Under the pieces are notes generated by a model. The model was not told where the DNA came from and did not search any database. It saw only the letters and a list, made by a program, of their open reading frames with translations. A program made the translations under genes and the position numbers. Below are positions 24,364 to 32,000 of a stretch of DNA of 32,000 nucleotides, one piece after another. The first letter of the stretch is position 1. Each line of letters starts with the position of its first letter. The DNA is from an uncultured Opitutales bacterium (lineage in GTDB: Bacteria > Verrucomicrobiota > Verrucomicrobiia > Opitutales > Intestinicryptomonadaceae), in assembly GCA_934660865.1 (NCBI GenBank), contig CAKUIA010000013.1, forward strand, positions 30,001 to 62,000, written 5' to 3'.

Positions 24364-26373
24364 ATGAGTAAAAACAACCACCCTTTTTTAAGCAAGAAAC
24401 TTCCTCCCGATTGGACTGCAATGCAGGGGAAATTTCTTAAGACAGATATTTTAATCGCCATAAAAGAGGCAAAAGACAACTTTAAAAAAATAAAATCGCA
24501 AAAAAAGTTAACCTACAACAACTGCATTAAGGCCTACGAAAACGCCGAAATAAATCTGGCAAGAGCCTGGAACTACGCAAACCATTTAGACTCGGTTAAC
24601 GACAACCCGCAGTTGCGAAAGGCAATGAATGCGGTTTTGCCTACGGTTACAAAATTTTTAAGCTCGTCTACGCTCGACGCAAAGCTTTGGAGGCAGATAA
24701 AAAAATATTCGCAAAGCTGTGAGGCGAAAAAGCTAAAAGGCAACAAGGCGGCGGCATTAAGGGAAATAGTAAACGAGTTTGTCGACAGCGGCGCCGAACT
24801 TTGCAAAGACGACAAAGCCAGGCTAAAAGAGCTGGACGAACAACTGGCAAAACAGGCAAAAAAATATTCCGAAAACGTATTGGATTCCACCAACGAATTT
24901 TCGCTTTATTTTGAAGACGCAGCCCCCCTTAAGGGACTGCCCGAAAGCGCGCTTGCCCTGGCCCGCGAAAACGCCAAAGACAAAGGCAAACCGGGCTATA
25001 TGCTGAAACTGCAAGCGCCCCTTGTAATTGCGGTTCTTAGATACGCCGAAAGCGAGAATTTGCGCAAAACAATTTGGCAGGCCTACACAAACATTGCAGT
25101 TTCCGGCAAGTTTTCAAACGAAAAGCTTGTAGGGCAAATGCTAAAAACAAGAATGCAAATTGCAGCCCTTTTCGGCGAAAAAAACTGGGCCAACTACGTC
25201 CTAAAAAGGCGCATGGCAAAAGACGGCTTTACAGCCCGCGCCTTTATAGAATCTTTGCACGGCAAAATAGAAAAATACTTTTCAAAAGAGGTAAAAGAGC
25301 TTAAGGATTTTGCCAAAACTTTGGGCGAAAAAACGCTAAAACCGTGGAATAGCTCGTATTATTCCGAAAAGCTTAGGGCGAAAAAATACGACTTCGACGA
25401 AGAGGCATTGCGCAAATATTTCAGGTTTGAAGACTGCCTAAAGGGAATGTTCAAGCTAAGCGAAAAGCTTTACGGCCTTAAAATAAAAAAGTCGAAAGCC
25501 GAAAACGTATGGGCAAAAGACGTGGGCTTTTACGAAATTTTCGACAAAAACAACGTGCATATATGCTCGTTTTATACCGACTTTTTCCCCCGCTCTACAA
25601 AGCGCGGCGGAGCCTGGATGAATATCCTAAGCCAGTATTCAAAAAACAGGCCCGCAATCTGCTTTATAGGCGGCAACATAAATGCGCCGTCTAAAGGCAG
25701 GCCCTCGCTTTTAAACCACGACGAACTTTGCACGCTGTTCCACGAATTCGGGCACCTGCTGCATTTTTCGATGATGACTATGCCCGAACTTTCGCTGCGC
25801 GACGTTGCCTGGGACTTTGTGGAACTACCCTCGCAGATTATGGAAAACTGGTGCTGGAACAAAGAGTGTTTGGACACGTTTGCAAAAGACTACAAAACGG
25901 GGGCGAAAATCCCCCAAAAGCTCTTCGACAAAATGGTAAGGGCAAGAAAATTCCAGGGGGCAATGGCCTTTATGCGCCAGCTTTTGTTCGCCGAAAGCGA
26001 CTTGAATTTGCATATCGACACAAAAAAATACCTCGGCAAAAACCTGTTCGAACTGGCCGAAAAATCGGTCGAAAACTATAAAATAGGCTTCGCCGAAAAA
26101 GCCCCGTCGCACCTGTACAAATTCACCCACATTTTCGGCGACGATGTAGGCTATTCGGCCGGCTACTATTCGTACAAATGGGCGGAATTGCTCGACGCCG
26201 ACGCCTTTTCGCGCTTCGAAAAGGAGGGAGTTTTCAACAAAAAAACGGGCGGCGATTTTGCCGAAAAAATATTGAAGGTTGGCTGCAGCGTTGCCCCCGA
26301 CGCAGCTTTCAGAAACTTTATGGGGCGCAACCCCAACCCCGAAGCCCTTATAAACAAATGCGTGGAAAAATAA
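24364..26373 (+). CDS. M3A family zinc metallopeptidase (oligopeptidase A or peptidyl-dipeptidase Dcp type)
   Basis: Zinc motif LFHEFGHLLH with a downstream E in FVELPSQIMENW. The length is typical of M3A. The track start at 24343 adds MLFFCRG; I prefer the ATG at 24364 (MSKNNHPF...). Confidence 0.88.
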   Translation: MSKNNHPFLSKKLPPDWTAMQGKFLKTDILIAIKEAKDNFKKIKSQKKLTYNNCIKAYENAEINLARAWNYANHLDSVNDNPQLRKAMNAVLPTVTKFLSSSTLDAKLWRQIKKYSQSCEAKKLKGNKAAALREIVNEFVDSGAELCKDDKARLKELDEQLAKQAKKYSENVLDSTNEFSLYFEDAAPLKGLPESALALARENAKDKGKPGYMLKLQAPLVIAVLRYAESENLRKTIWQAYTNIAVSGKFSNEKLVGQMLKTRMQIAALFGEKNWANYVLKRRMAKDGFTARAFIESLHGKIEKYFSKEVKELKDFAKTLGEKTLKPWNSSYYSEKLRAKKYDFDEEALRKYFRFEDCLKGMFKLSEKLYGLKIKKSKAENVWAKDVGFYEIFDKNNVHICSFYTDFFPRSTKRGGAWMNILSQYSKNRPAICFIGGNINAPSKGRPSLLNHDELCTLFHEFGHLLHFSMMTMPELSLRDVAWDFVELPSQIMENWCWNKECLDTFAKDYKTGAKIPQKLFDKMVRARKFQGAMAFMRQLLFAESDLNLHIDTKKYLGKNLFELAEKSVENYKIGFAEKAPSHLYKFTHIFGDDVGYSAGYYSYKWAELLDADAFSRFEKEGVFNKKTGGDFAEKILKVGCSVAPDAAFRNFMGRNPNPEALINKCVEK

Positions 26374-27614
26374 ACAAAGTCGAGCTTATGTCGCCCGCGG
26401 GCGACATGGTATGCCTTAACGCCGCAATTAAAGGCGGGGCAAACGCCGTATATTTGGGGCTGAAAGGCTCGAATATGCGCGCGGGCGCAAAAAACTTTTC
26501 GCTTGGCGAACTAAAACAGGCGTGCAAAATCTGCGCAAAAAACGGCGTCAAAACCTATTTGACAATAAACACAATCTACTACGAAAACGAGCTTGGCGCG
26601 CTTAAAAAAACCGTAGAAAACGCGGCAAATGCGGGCGTAGACGCCTTTATTGCATGGGACAACGCAGCCCTGGGCATTTTAAAGGAAATGGGGCTAAAGG
26701 CCTTTCTTTCGACACAGGCAAGCGTTTCGAACTCGCAGGCGATTTTGCAGTACTACAAAAATTTCGGCATAAAAAGGTTTGTGCTTGCAAGGGAATGTAC
26801 GCTAGAGCACATAAAGGCCATACGGCGCAATTTAAAAAAGGCATTGGGAGCGGCTGCAGACGAAATCTCGATAGAGGTTTTTGCGCACGGTGCAATGTGC
26901 GTTTCGGTTAGCGGCAGGTGCTTTTTGTCGGAATTTATGTGCGGCAAAAGCGCAAACAGGGGCGAATGTTTGCAGCCCTGCCGCAGGCTCTACAAAATCA
27001 GCGACACATCGCCAAGCGGCATAGAATACGAGCTCGGCAACAACTATGTGCTAAGCCCCAAAGACCTTTGCACCCTGCCCTTTTTGGACCTTTTGCTGGA
27101 CGCAAAAGTAAATTCCCTTAAAATAGAGGGGCGCAACCGCAACGCCGAATTTGTGTACGAAACAACGCGTGCCTACCGCACGGTTATAGACGCCTACTAC
27201 GCAAAAATGCCCAAGGCGGAATTTGAAGCCCTGAAAAAAGAGCAAACCGCCAATTTGCAAAACGTGTTTAACCGCGGCTTTTCGGAGGGCTTTTTTATGG
27301 GCGTTCCCCTAAAAGACTGGCACAGCAACTGCTCGGGCAACAAATCAAAGCAAAAAAAACGGGCTTTGGGCAGAATAACAAATTTCTTCGGCAAAATTTC
27401 GGTTGCCGAAATACAGCTAAATTCGGGCAGCCTAAAGCGCGGCCAGCTTTTGCAGGTAGAGGGCGAAAAGACGGGCTTTGTGCGCTTTGCGGCCGACTCC
27501 ATGCAAATAGAGCTAAAAGACGTAGACTTTGCCGAAAAGGGGCAAAAAGTTGCGGTAAAATGCCCGCACAAACTGCGCCGCGGCGACAACGTATACACAT
27601 TCGCCACCGCTTAA
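26358..27614 (+). CDS. Peptidase U32-family protein (Fe-S containing; this family includes RNA and quinone hydroxylation factors)
   Basis: The N-terminus VELMSPAGD matches the family's usual ELLAPAG start. Cys cluster CVSVSGRCFLSEFMCGKSANRGECLQPCR. The Arg-rich 60 aa that the track adds upstream (from 26178) overlap the peptidase gene in another frame and look spurious. The ATG at 26358 overlaps the M3 gene by 16 nt; an alternative ATG lies at 26388. Confidence 0.82.
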   Translation: MRGKINKVELMSPAGDMVCLNAAIKGGANAVYLGLKGSNMRAGAKNFSLGELKQACKICAKNGVKTYLTINTIYYENELGALKKTVENAANAGVDAFIAWDNAALGILKEMGLKAFLSTQASVSNSQAILQYYKNFGIKRFVLARECTLEHIKAIRRNLKKALGAAADEISIEVFAHGAMCVSVSGRCFLSEFMCGKSANRGECLQPCRRLYKISDTSPSGIEYELGNNYVLSPKDLCTLPFLDLLLDAKVNSLKIEGRNRNAEFVYETTRAYRTVIDAYYAKMPKAEFEALKKEQTANLQNVFNRGFSEGFFMGVPLKDWHSNCSGNKSKQKKRALGRITNFFGKISVAEIQLNSGSLKRGQLLQVEGEKTGFVRFAADSMQIELKDVDFAEKGQKVAVKCPHKLRRGDNVYTFATA

Positions 27615-27658
27615 ATTTTGTTTGACCGCTTTTTTTAATAATACATTCTTTATTGGCA

Positions 27659-28240
27659 ATGACTGACATTTTTAAGAGAATCTACAAAACCGCGCTTTTT
27701 GCAGCCGCAACATTTATGCTTTTTGCATGTCTGCCCGAAAGGGAAAGAATGATTACCGTCGAAGACGAGGAAGTGCCCGAAGAAAGCGAGCTTTCCGAAA
27801 CCGACGGCATTTTGGGCGTAAACTATCAGGGCAACTCGCAAATTTCGTACTGCCGTTTTGAATATCTAAACAAACATAAGGCAACCTATTTGCCCGAAAA
27901 GCTGCTGGGCGAAAAAGCCAATTATTTCTACCCCACCTACCTTAGCAACCCCGACAAAAAAGCGGGCATGTACTGCTTCTTTTGGCTTGAAGGCCCCATC
28001 TATTTGGGAATGGGAACAACATTCGAGCTTAGCGTAGCGGCAAACAAGTCGCCTAAGGTAAAGACATACAAATTCATAGTGCCCGAAACGCGCCGCATTG
28101 TAAGGGAAATAAAGCTGGGCATAACTGGAGCCGACTGGCCCGACAAAGACGAAAAGGTTACCGCCTGGAAGCTTGTTGTAAAAAACGCCGCAGGCAAGAT
28201 TATAACCGAAAAGCACTCGTGGCTTTGGTCCGTCAAGTAG
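27659..28240 (+). CDS. Hypothetical lipoprotein (193 aa), no recognised family
   Basis: The ATG at 27659 gives MTDIFKRIYKTALFAAATFMLFAC with lipobox LFAC. The track start at 27653 is a TTG. The gene ends 10 nt before ogg. Confidence 0.65.
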   Translation: MTDIFKRIYKTALFAAATFMLFACLPERERMITVEDEEVPEESELSETDGILGVNYQGNSQISYCRFEYLNKHKATYLPEKLLGEKANYFYPTYLSNPDKKAGMYCFFWLEGPIYLGMGTTFELSVAANKSPKVKTYKFIVPETRRIVREIKLGITGADWPDKDEKVTAWKLVVKNAAGKIITEKHSWLWSVK

Positions 28241-28250
28241 GAAGCTTTAT

Positions 28251-29105
28251 ATGGCAAACGTCGAATGGGCAAGCCCCGAAAGGCTCGGCGTTAAATTTGC
28301 GCCGAAAGATTTTGCCGAAACCCTCGACGGCGGGCAGTCTTTTTGCTGGTATAAAAACGCCGACAATTCCTACTGCGGGGTTTTCGGCAACGATGTTGCA
28401 ATGCTTTTTTTGGACGGCAAAAATTGCGTTAATTTTTGCGCCCCGAAGAATGTTAATTCAAAAAAACTTAAAGGGCGCCTTTTAGATTATCTAGACGCCG
28501 GGCGCGACTACGAAAAAATTAGAGAGCGCCTTTTTGCAATAGGCGACAAGTGCCTAAACGAGCGGCTTTTGCAACAGCCTACATTGCGCATATTAAGGCA
28601 GGACATAGACGAAACGATAATCTCGTTTATATGCAGCTCAAGCAAGCGCATAGTGCAGATAAAGCAGTGCGTTGGCCTCTTAAGAAAAACTTTCGGCAAA
28701 GAAGTTTGCGGCGGTTTTTACACGCTGCCTACTTTCGAATCTTTGGCAAATGCCGATATGCAAAGTCTAAAAGACTGCAAACTCGGATTTAGGGCGGCCT
28801 ATCTTAAAAAGACGGCTCAAAAGATTGTAGGCGACAATTTCGACACGGGCGCGCTCCTTGAAATGCCGTATAAAGAGGCAAAAAGCTACCTTGTTTCGCT
28901 AAGCGGAATAGGCGAAAAGGTTGCCGACTGCATTCTCCTTTTCGGCGCGCACCGCTTCGAGGCTTTCCCCGTGGATACCTGGATAATCAAATCTATGAAA
29001 TCGCTTTACGGAATGGAAAAACCCGCAGACATACGCAGGTTTGCGGCCGAACATTTCGGCGAAAACGCAGGCTTTGCGCAGCAGATATTGTTTGCCGCCT
29101 CGTAA
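28251..29105 (+). CDS. ogg: 8-oxoguanine DNA glycosylase/AP lyase, OGG1-type (HhH-GPD superfamily)
   Basis: HhH-GPD motif LSGIGEKVADCILLFG contains the catalytic Lys, and FPVDTWI contains the catalytic Asp. These are arranged as in the OGG1 motifs GVGTKVADC and PVDVH. Confidence 0.8.
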   Translation: MANVEWASPERLGVKFAPKDFAETLDGGQSFCWYKNADNSYCGVFGNDVAMLFLDGKNCVNFCAPKNVNSKKLKGRLLDYLDAGRDYEKIRERLFAIGDKCLNERLLQQPTLRILRQDIDETIISFICSSSKRIVQIKQCVGLLRKTFGKEVCGGFYTLPTFESLANADMQSLKDCKLGFRAAYLKKTAQKIVGDNFDTGALLEMPYKEAKSYLVSLSGIGEKVADCILLFGAHRFEAFPVDTWIIKSMKSLYGMEKPADIRRFAAEHFGENAGFAQQILFAAS

Positions 29106-29111
29106 TGGTAT

Positions 29112-31073
29112 ATGGACGAAAATTTTATATTAAAATCGAAATATGCGCCTGCGGGCGACCAGCCCAAGGCCATAGAAACACTGTGCCAAAGCCTTAACGC
29201 AGGCAACAAATATACTACCCTTGTAGGCGTTACGGGGTCGGGCAAAACGTTTACAATGGCAAACGTGATAGCCAAGCTTAACAGGCCTGCAATTATAATT
29301 TCGCACAACAAAACTTTGGCCGCCCAGCTTTATTCGGAATTTAAGGCTTTTTTCCCCGACAATGCGGTTGAATATTTTGTAAGCTACTACGACTACTACC
29401 AGCCCGAAGCCTACATTCCCCAAACCGACACCTACATAGAAAAAGATTCGGCCATAAACGACGAAATAGAAAAACTGCGAATTTCGGCGGCAAGCTCGCT
29501 TGTAAGCAGGCGCGACGTTATTGTAATAGCCAGCGTTTCGTGCATATACGGGTTAGGCTCGCCCGAAGACTTTAAAAAGATGATGGTGCCCCTAAGAAAG
29601 GGCGTTTCGCTTAAAAGAAAGGATTTTCTGGAAAGCCTTGTAGGCATAAACTACACCAGAAACGACACCGTTTTAGAGCGCGGTTCCTTTAGGGTTAAAG
29701 GCGACATTGTAGACGTTTTCCCCGCCTATTTAGAGTCGGCCTTAAGGGTTGAATTTTTCGGCAACGAAGTGGATTCGCTAAAGGTTATAGACCCCCTTAC
29801 AAGCTCGTTTATACGCAGGCTCGACAGGTTCGATTTGTATCCTGCAACGGCGTTTATAACCCCGCGCGAAAACATAGAAAGAGCCGTTCCCGCAATAAGG
29901 GCCGAAATGCTGGAACAAGAGGCTAAATTTGAACGCGAAAAAAAGTTCATAGAAGCCCAGCGCATAAAAATGCGCACCGAGCAAGACCTGGATATTTTGC
30001 TGGAAACGGGAACGTGCTCGGGCATAGAAAACTATTCCAGACACCTCGGCAACCGCGCCGCAGGCTCGCGCCCGTGGTGCCTGCTAGACTTTCTGCCCAA
30101 AGACGCGATTTTATTCATAGACGAAAGCCACGTAACCGCCCCGCAAATAAAGGCGGCCTATTTGGGGGATTTGTCGAGAAAACAAAAATTGGTAGAATAC
30201 GGCTTTAGGCTGCCCAGCGCGCTCGACAACCGCCCCCTTAAGCAGGAGGAATTCGAAAAAGTTACCGGGCAAACCGTGTTTGTTTCGGCTACCCCATCGG
30301 AATACGAGCTAGGCCAAAGCGCGGTTGTTGCCGAGCAAATTGTGCGCCCCACCGCCCTGCTCGACCCCGAAATGGTTATACGCCCCATAAAGGGACAGGT
30401 GGAAGACTGCGCCAATATGATAAGCGAATACGCAAAGCGCGGCGAAAGGGTTTTTGTTACAACCCTTACAAAGGCAATGAGCGAGGAGATTTCGCAATAC
30501 CTAAGGGAAATAGGCATTAGGGTTGAATATCTGCACTCCGACATAGACACCATACAGCGGGTGGAAATTTTGCGCCGTTTAAGGCTTGGCGAATTCGACG
30601 CGCTTGTGGGCGTAAACCTTTTGCGCGAGGGGCTTGACATTCCCGAAGTTTCGCTGGTTTGCATTTTAGACGCCGACAAGGAGGGATTTTTAAGAAGCGC
30701 CACCAGCATAATACAAACGGCGGGCAGAGCCTCGCGCAACAAAGACGGCCTTGTAATTTTATACGCCGATACCATAACAAAATCTATACGCGCCGCCCTC
30801 GACGTTTGCGGCAGGCGAAGGGCCCTGCAAAAGGAATACAACCTAAAACACAACATAACGCCAAAAACGGTTAGCCGAAAAATAGAGGCTTCGCTTGTAA
30901 AGGCCGAAAGCAAAAAGCCCAACGCCAAGCTCGAAAAAATGGGCGTAAGCGAAAAAACCGCCCTTATAGAAGAGCTTAAGGCCGAAATGATGAAAGCCGC
31001 CCAAGAGCTGAAATTCGAAAAGGCCGCCCTAATAAGAGACCAGATAAAACTCATAAAAAAATCGCAAAAATAA
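29112..31073 (+). CDS. uvrB: Excinuclease ABC subunit B
   Basis: 653 aa. Walker A GVTGSGKTFT, beta-hairpin region YFVSYYDYYQPEAY, DESH box FIDESHVT, motif VI QTAGRASRN, and C-terminal UVR domain ELKFEKAALIRDQIKLIK. Confidence 0.97.
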   Translation: MDENFILKSKYAPAGDQPKAIETLCQSLNAGNKYTTLVGVTGSGKTFTMANVIAKLNRPAIIISHNKTLAAQLYSEFKAFFPDNAVEYFVSYYDYYQPEAYIPQTDTYIEKDSAINDEIEKLRISAASSLVSRRDVIVIASVSCIYGLGSPEDFKKMMVPLRKGVSLKRKDFLESLVGINYTRNDTVLERGSFRVKGDIVDVFPAYLESALRVEFFGNEVDSLKVIDPLTSSFIRRLDRFDLYPATAFITPRENIERAVPAIRAEMLEQEAKFEREKKFIEAQRIKMRTEQDLDILLETGTCSGIENYSRHLGNRAAGSRPWCLLDFLPKDAILFIDESHVTAPQIKAAYLGDLSRKQKLVEYGFRLPSALDNRPLKQEEFEKVTGQTVFVSATPSEYELGQSAVVAEQIVRPTALLDPEMVIRPIKGQVEDCANMISEYAKRGERVFVTTLTKAMSEEISQYLREIGIRVEYLHSDIDTIQRVEILRRLRLGEFDALVGVNLLREGLDIPEVSLVCILDADKEGFLRSATSIIQTAGRASRNKDGLVILYADTITKSIRAALDVCGRRRALQKEYNLKHNITPKTVSRKIEASLVKAESKKPNAKLEKMGVSEKTALIEELKAEMMKAAQELKFEKAALIRDQIKLIKKSQK

Positions 31074-31259
31074 TTCTTGATTTTTAAAAGAAAATCATCT
31101 TTTTTATCTGTAAATGGAAAGAACAGCGCACAGAGCAGAACGGCAACAGCAAACGGCAAGGTTTGTTTCGCCCTTCTTTTTTGCCTACTACTATTACTTC
31201 AAGAATTAACAAAAGGTTCTCGAACTTAGGCGCATTTTTACACCACAACAATTTTAAAA

Positions 31260-31292
31260 AGCTCGGGAACAAATAAAACCCGGGCTTTTTTT
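31260..31292 (+). terminator. Intrinsic-terminator-like hairpin 27 nt upstream of the next start codon (leader or attenuator candidate, or a distal uvrB terminator)
   Basis: Stem agctcggg / cccgggct (8 bp, one G-U pair), 11-nt A-rich loop, T7 run. Confidence 0.5.
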
Positions 31293-31318
31293 ATACAAAG
31301 AAAAACACACAACAAAAA

Positions 31319-32000
31319 ATGAATACTAAAGCAAAAGCATCTATAGAACAAATCCAGCAAAAATGGGTTGGATACAGGGAAAACCTGAAAGTTCTCGACT
31401 GCACAATCCGCGACGGCGGCCTTATGAACGACAGCAATTTCGAAGACGCCATCGTTAAAGCCGTTTACGACACAATATGCGCTGCGGGCGTAGACTATAT
31501 GGAATTCGGCTACAAGAATTCCGACAAAATCTACTCGAAAGACAAGTATGGAGCATGGCGCTTTTGCAGGGAAGACGACATCAAGCGCATTGTAGGCGAC
31601 AAGGCCCACAATTCGCCCAAGCTTTGCGCCATGGCCGACGCCGAAAAAAGCGAGCGCAAAGACATTCTAAAAAAGAAGGACAGCCCGCTTGATATGATTA
31701 GGGTTGCAACCTACATCTACCAGGTGCCGCTGGCTTTGGAAATGATTAAAGACGCCCAGGACAAGGGCTACGAAACAACCGTAAACCTTATGGCGGTTTC
31801 AACCGTAAGGGAGCAGGAGCTAGACGACGCGCTACAGCTTTTGTGCGCAAGCAAGCCCAATGCGATATATTTGGTAGACAGCTTCGGCTCGCTATACGGC
31901 GAACAGATTTCGTACCTGCTAAGGAAATACTCTAAATTTGCAAAGCAATACGGCGTTGAAGTCGGCATACACGCGCACAACAATTTGCAGTTGGCTTTTG
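31319..32000 (+). CDS. HMGL-like (DRE-TIM, pyruvate carboxyltransferase-type) aldolase-family protein. N-terminal 227 aa; the 3' end runs off the right edge.
   Basis: Absent from the ORF track because it is edge-open. My translation from the ATG at 31319 reads MNTKAKASIEQIQQKWVGYRENLKVLDCTIRDGGLMND ... VDSFGSLYGEQ ... GIHAHNNLQLAF. The LDCTIRDGG and HxHN metal-binding motifs are typical of the HMGL-like/4-hydroxy-2-oxovalerate aldolase family. Confidence 0.75.
   Translation, partial: MNTKAKASIEQIQQKWVGYRENLKVLDCTIRDGGLMNDSNFEDAIVKAVYDTICAAGVDYMEFGYKNSDKIYSKDKYGAWRFCREDDIKRIVGDKAHNSPKLCAMADAEKSERKDILKKKDSPLDMIRVATYIYQVPLALEMIKDAQDKGYETTVNLMAVSTVREQELDDALQLLCASKPNAIYLVDSFGSLYGEQISYLLRKYSKFAKQYGVEVGIHAHNNLQLAF

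Noticed and set aside
26178-26357. 60-aa N-terminal extension of the U32 ORF
   Set aside because: The extension is extremely Arg-rich and lies wholly inside the 3' end of the M3 peptidase gene in another frame. It also precedes the family-typical N-terminus (VELMSPAGD), which is reached from the ATG at 26358.
31084-31272. 62-aa minus-strand ORF in the uvrB-aldolase intergenic region
   Set aside because: It is short and has no signal or motif. The region shows hairpin and T-run structures that are better explained as RNA elements.
1-32000. Search for CRISPR arrays, tandem repeats, IS elements, integrases, tRNA or rRNA genes, and prophage or defence-island hallmarks
   Set aside because: Every intergenic region is under about 310 nt, and none shows periodic repeats or tRNA-like T-arm sequences. 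No ORF has transposase, integrase or phage motifs. By-eye scanning cannot exclude short dispersed repeats, so a self-dot-plot would be the decisive check.

Overview
Gene-dense 32-kb chromosomal segment with about 24 protein genes. I saw no rRNA, tRNA, CRISPR array, transposase or integrase. The source bacterium is unidentified. The gene content (GTP-type PEPCK, many exported glycan-active enzymes, lipoproteins) suggests an anaerobic glycan degrader, possibly of a PVC- or FCB-type lineage, but that is only a guess.

Layout:
- Left edge (minus strand): a truncated PD-(D/E)XK-nuclease/XPD-DinG Fe-S helicase fusion, preceded by an exported coiled-coil protein. hrpB is transcribed divergently from them.
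- 4.8-8.3 kb (plus strand): pckG, then an ExuT-like MFS transporter.
- 8.4-21.8 kb (minus strand): a 13.5-kb run of 11 co-directional genes. In order: long purA-like, mcsA, mcsB, a 406-aa exported protein, a PEGA lipoprotein, an orphan TrpB2, a TauABC-ordered ABC importer, a sialate-O-acetylesterase-family protein, then (after the only terminator in the run) a large GH-like protein.
- 21.9-24.3 kb: an exported GH99-like protein and a convergent MDR enoyl reductase.
- 24.4-31.1 kb (plus strand): a tightly packed run of M3 peptidase, U32 Fe-S protein, lipoprotein, ogg and uvrB.
- Right edge: a truncated HMGL-like aldolase gene behind a terminator-bearing leader.

The best candidates for something undescribed are (a) the TrpB2 tightly packed against a NitT/TauT importer, (b) the mcsA-mcsB pair outside its ctsR/clpC context and overlapping the start of an exported orphan protein, and (c) the nuclease-helicase fusion at the left edge.

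All functional calls rest on motifs I read in the supplied translations or in my own translations of edge-open frames. No database search was possible.
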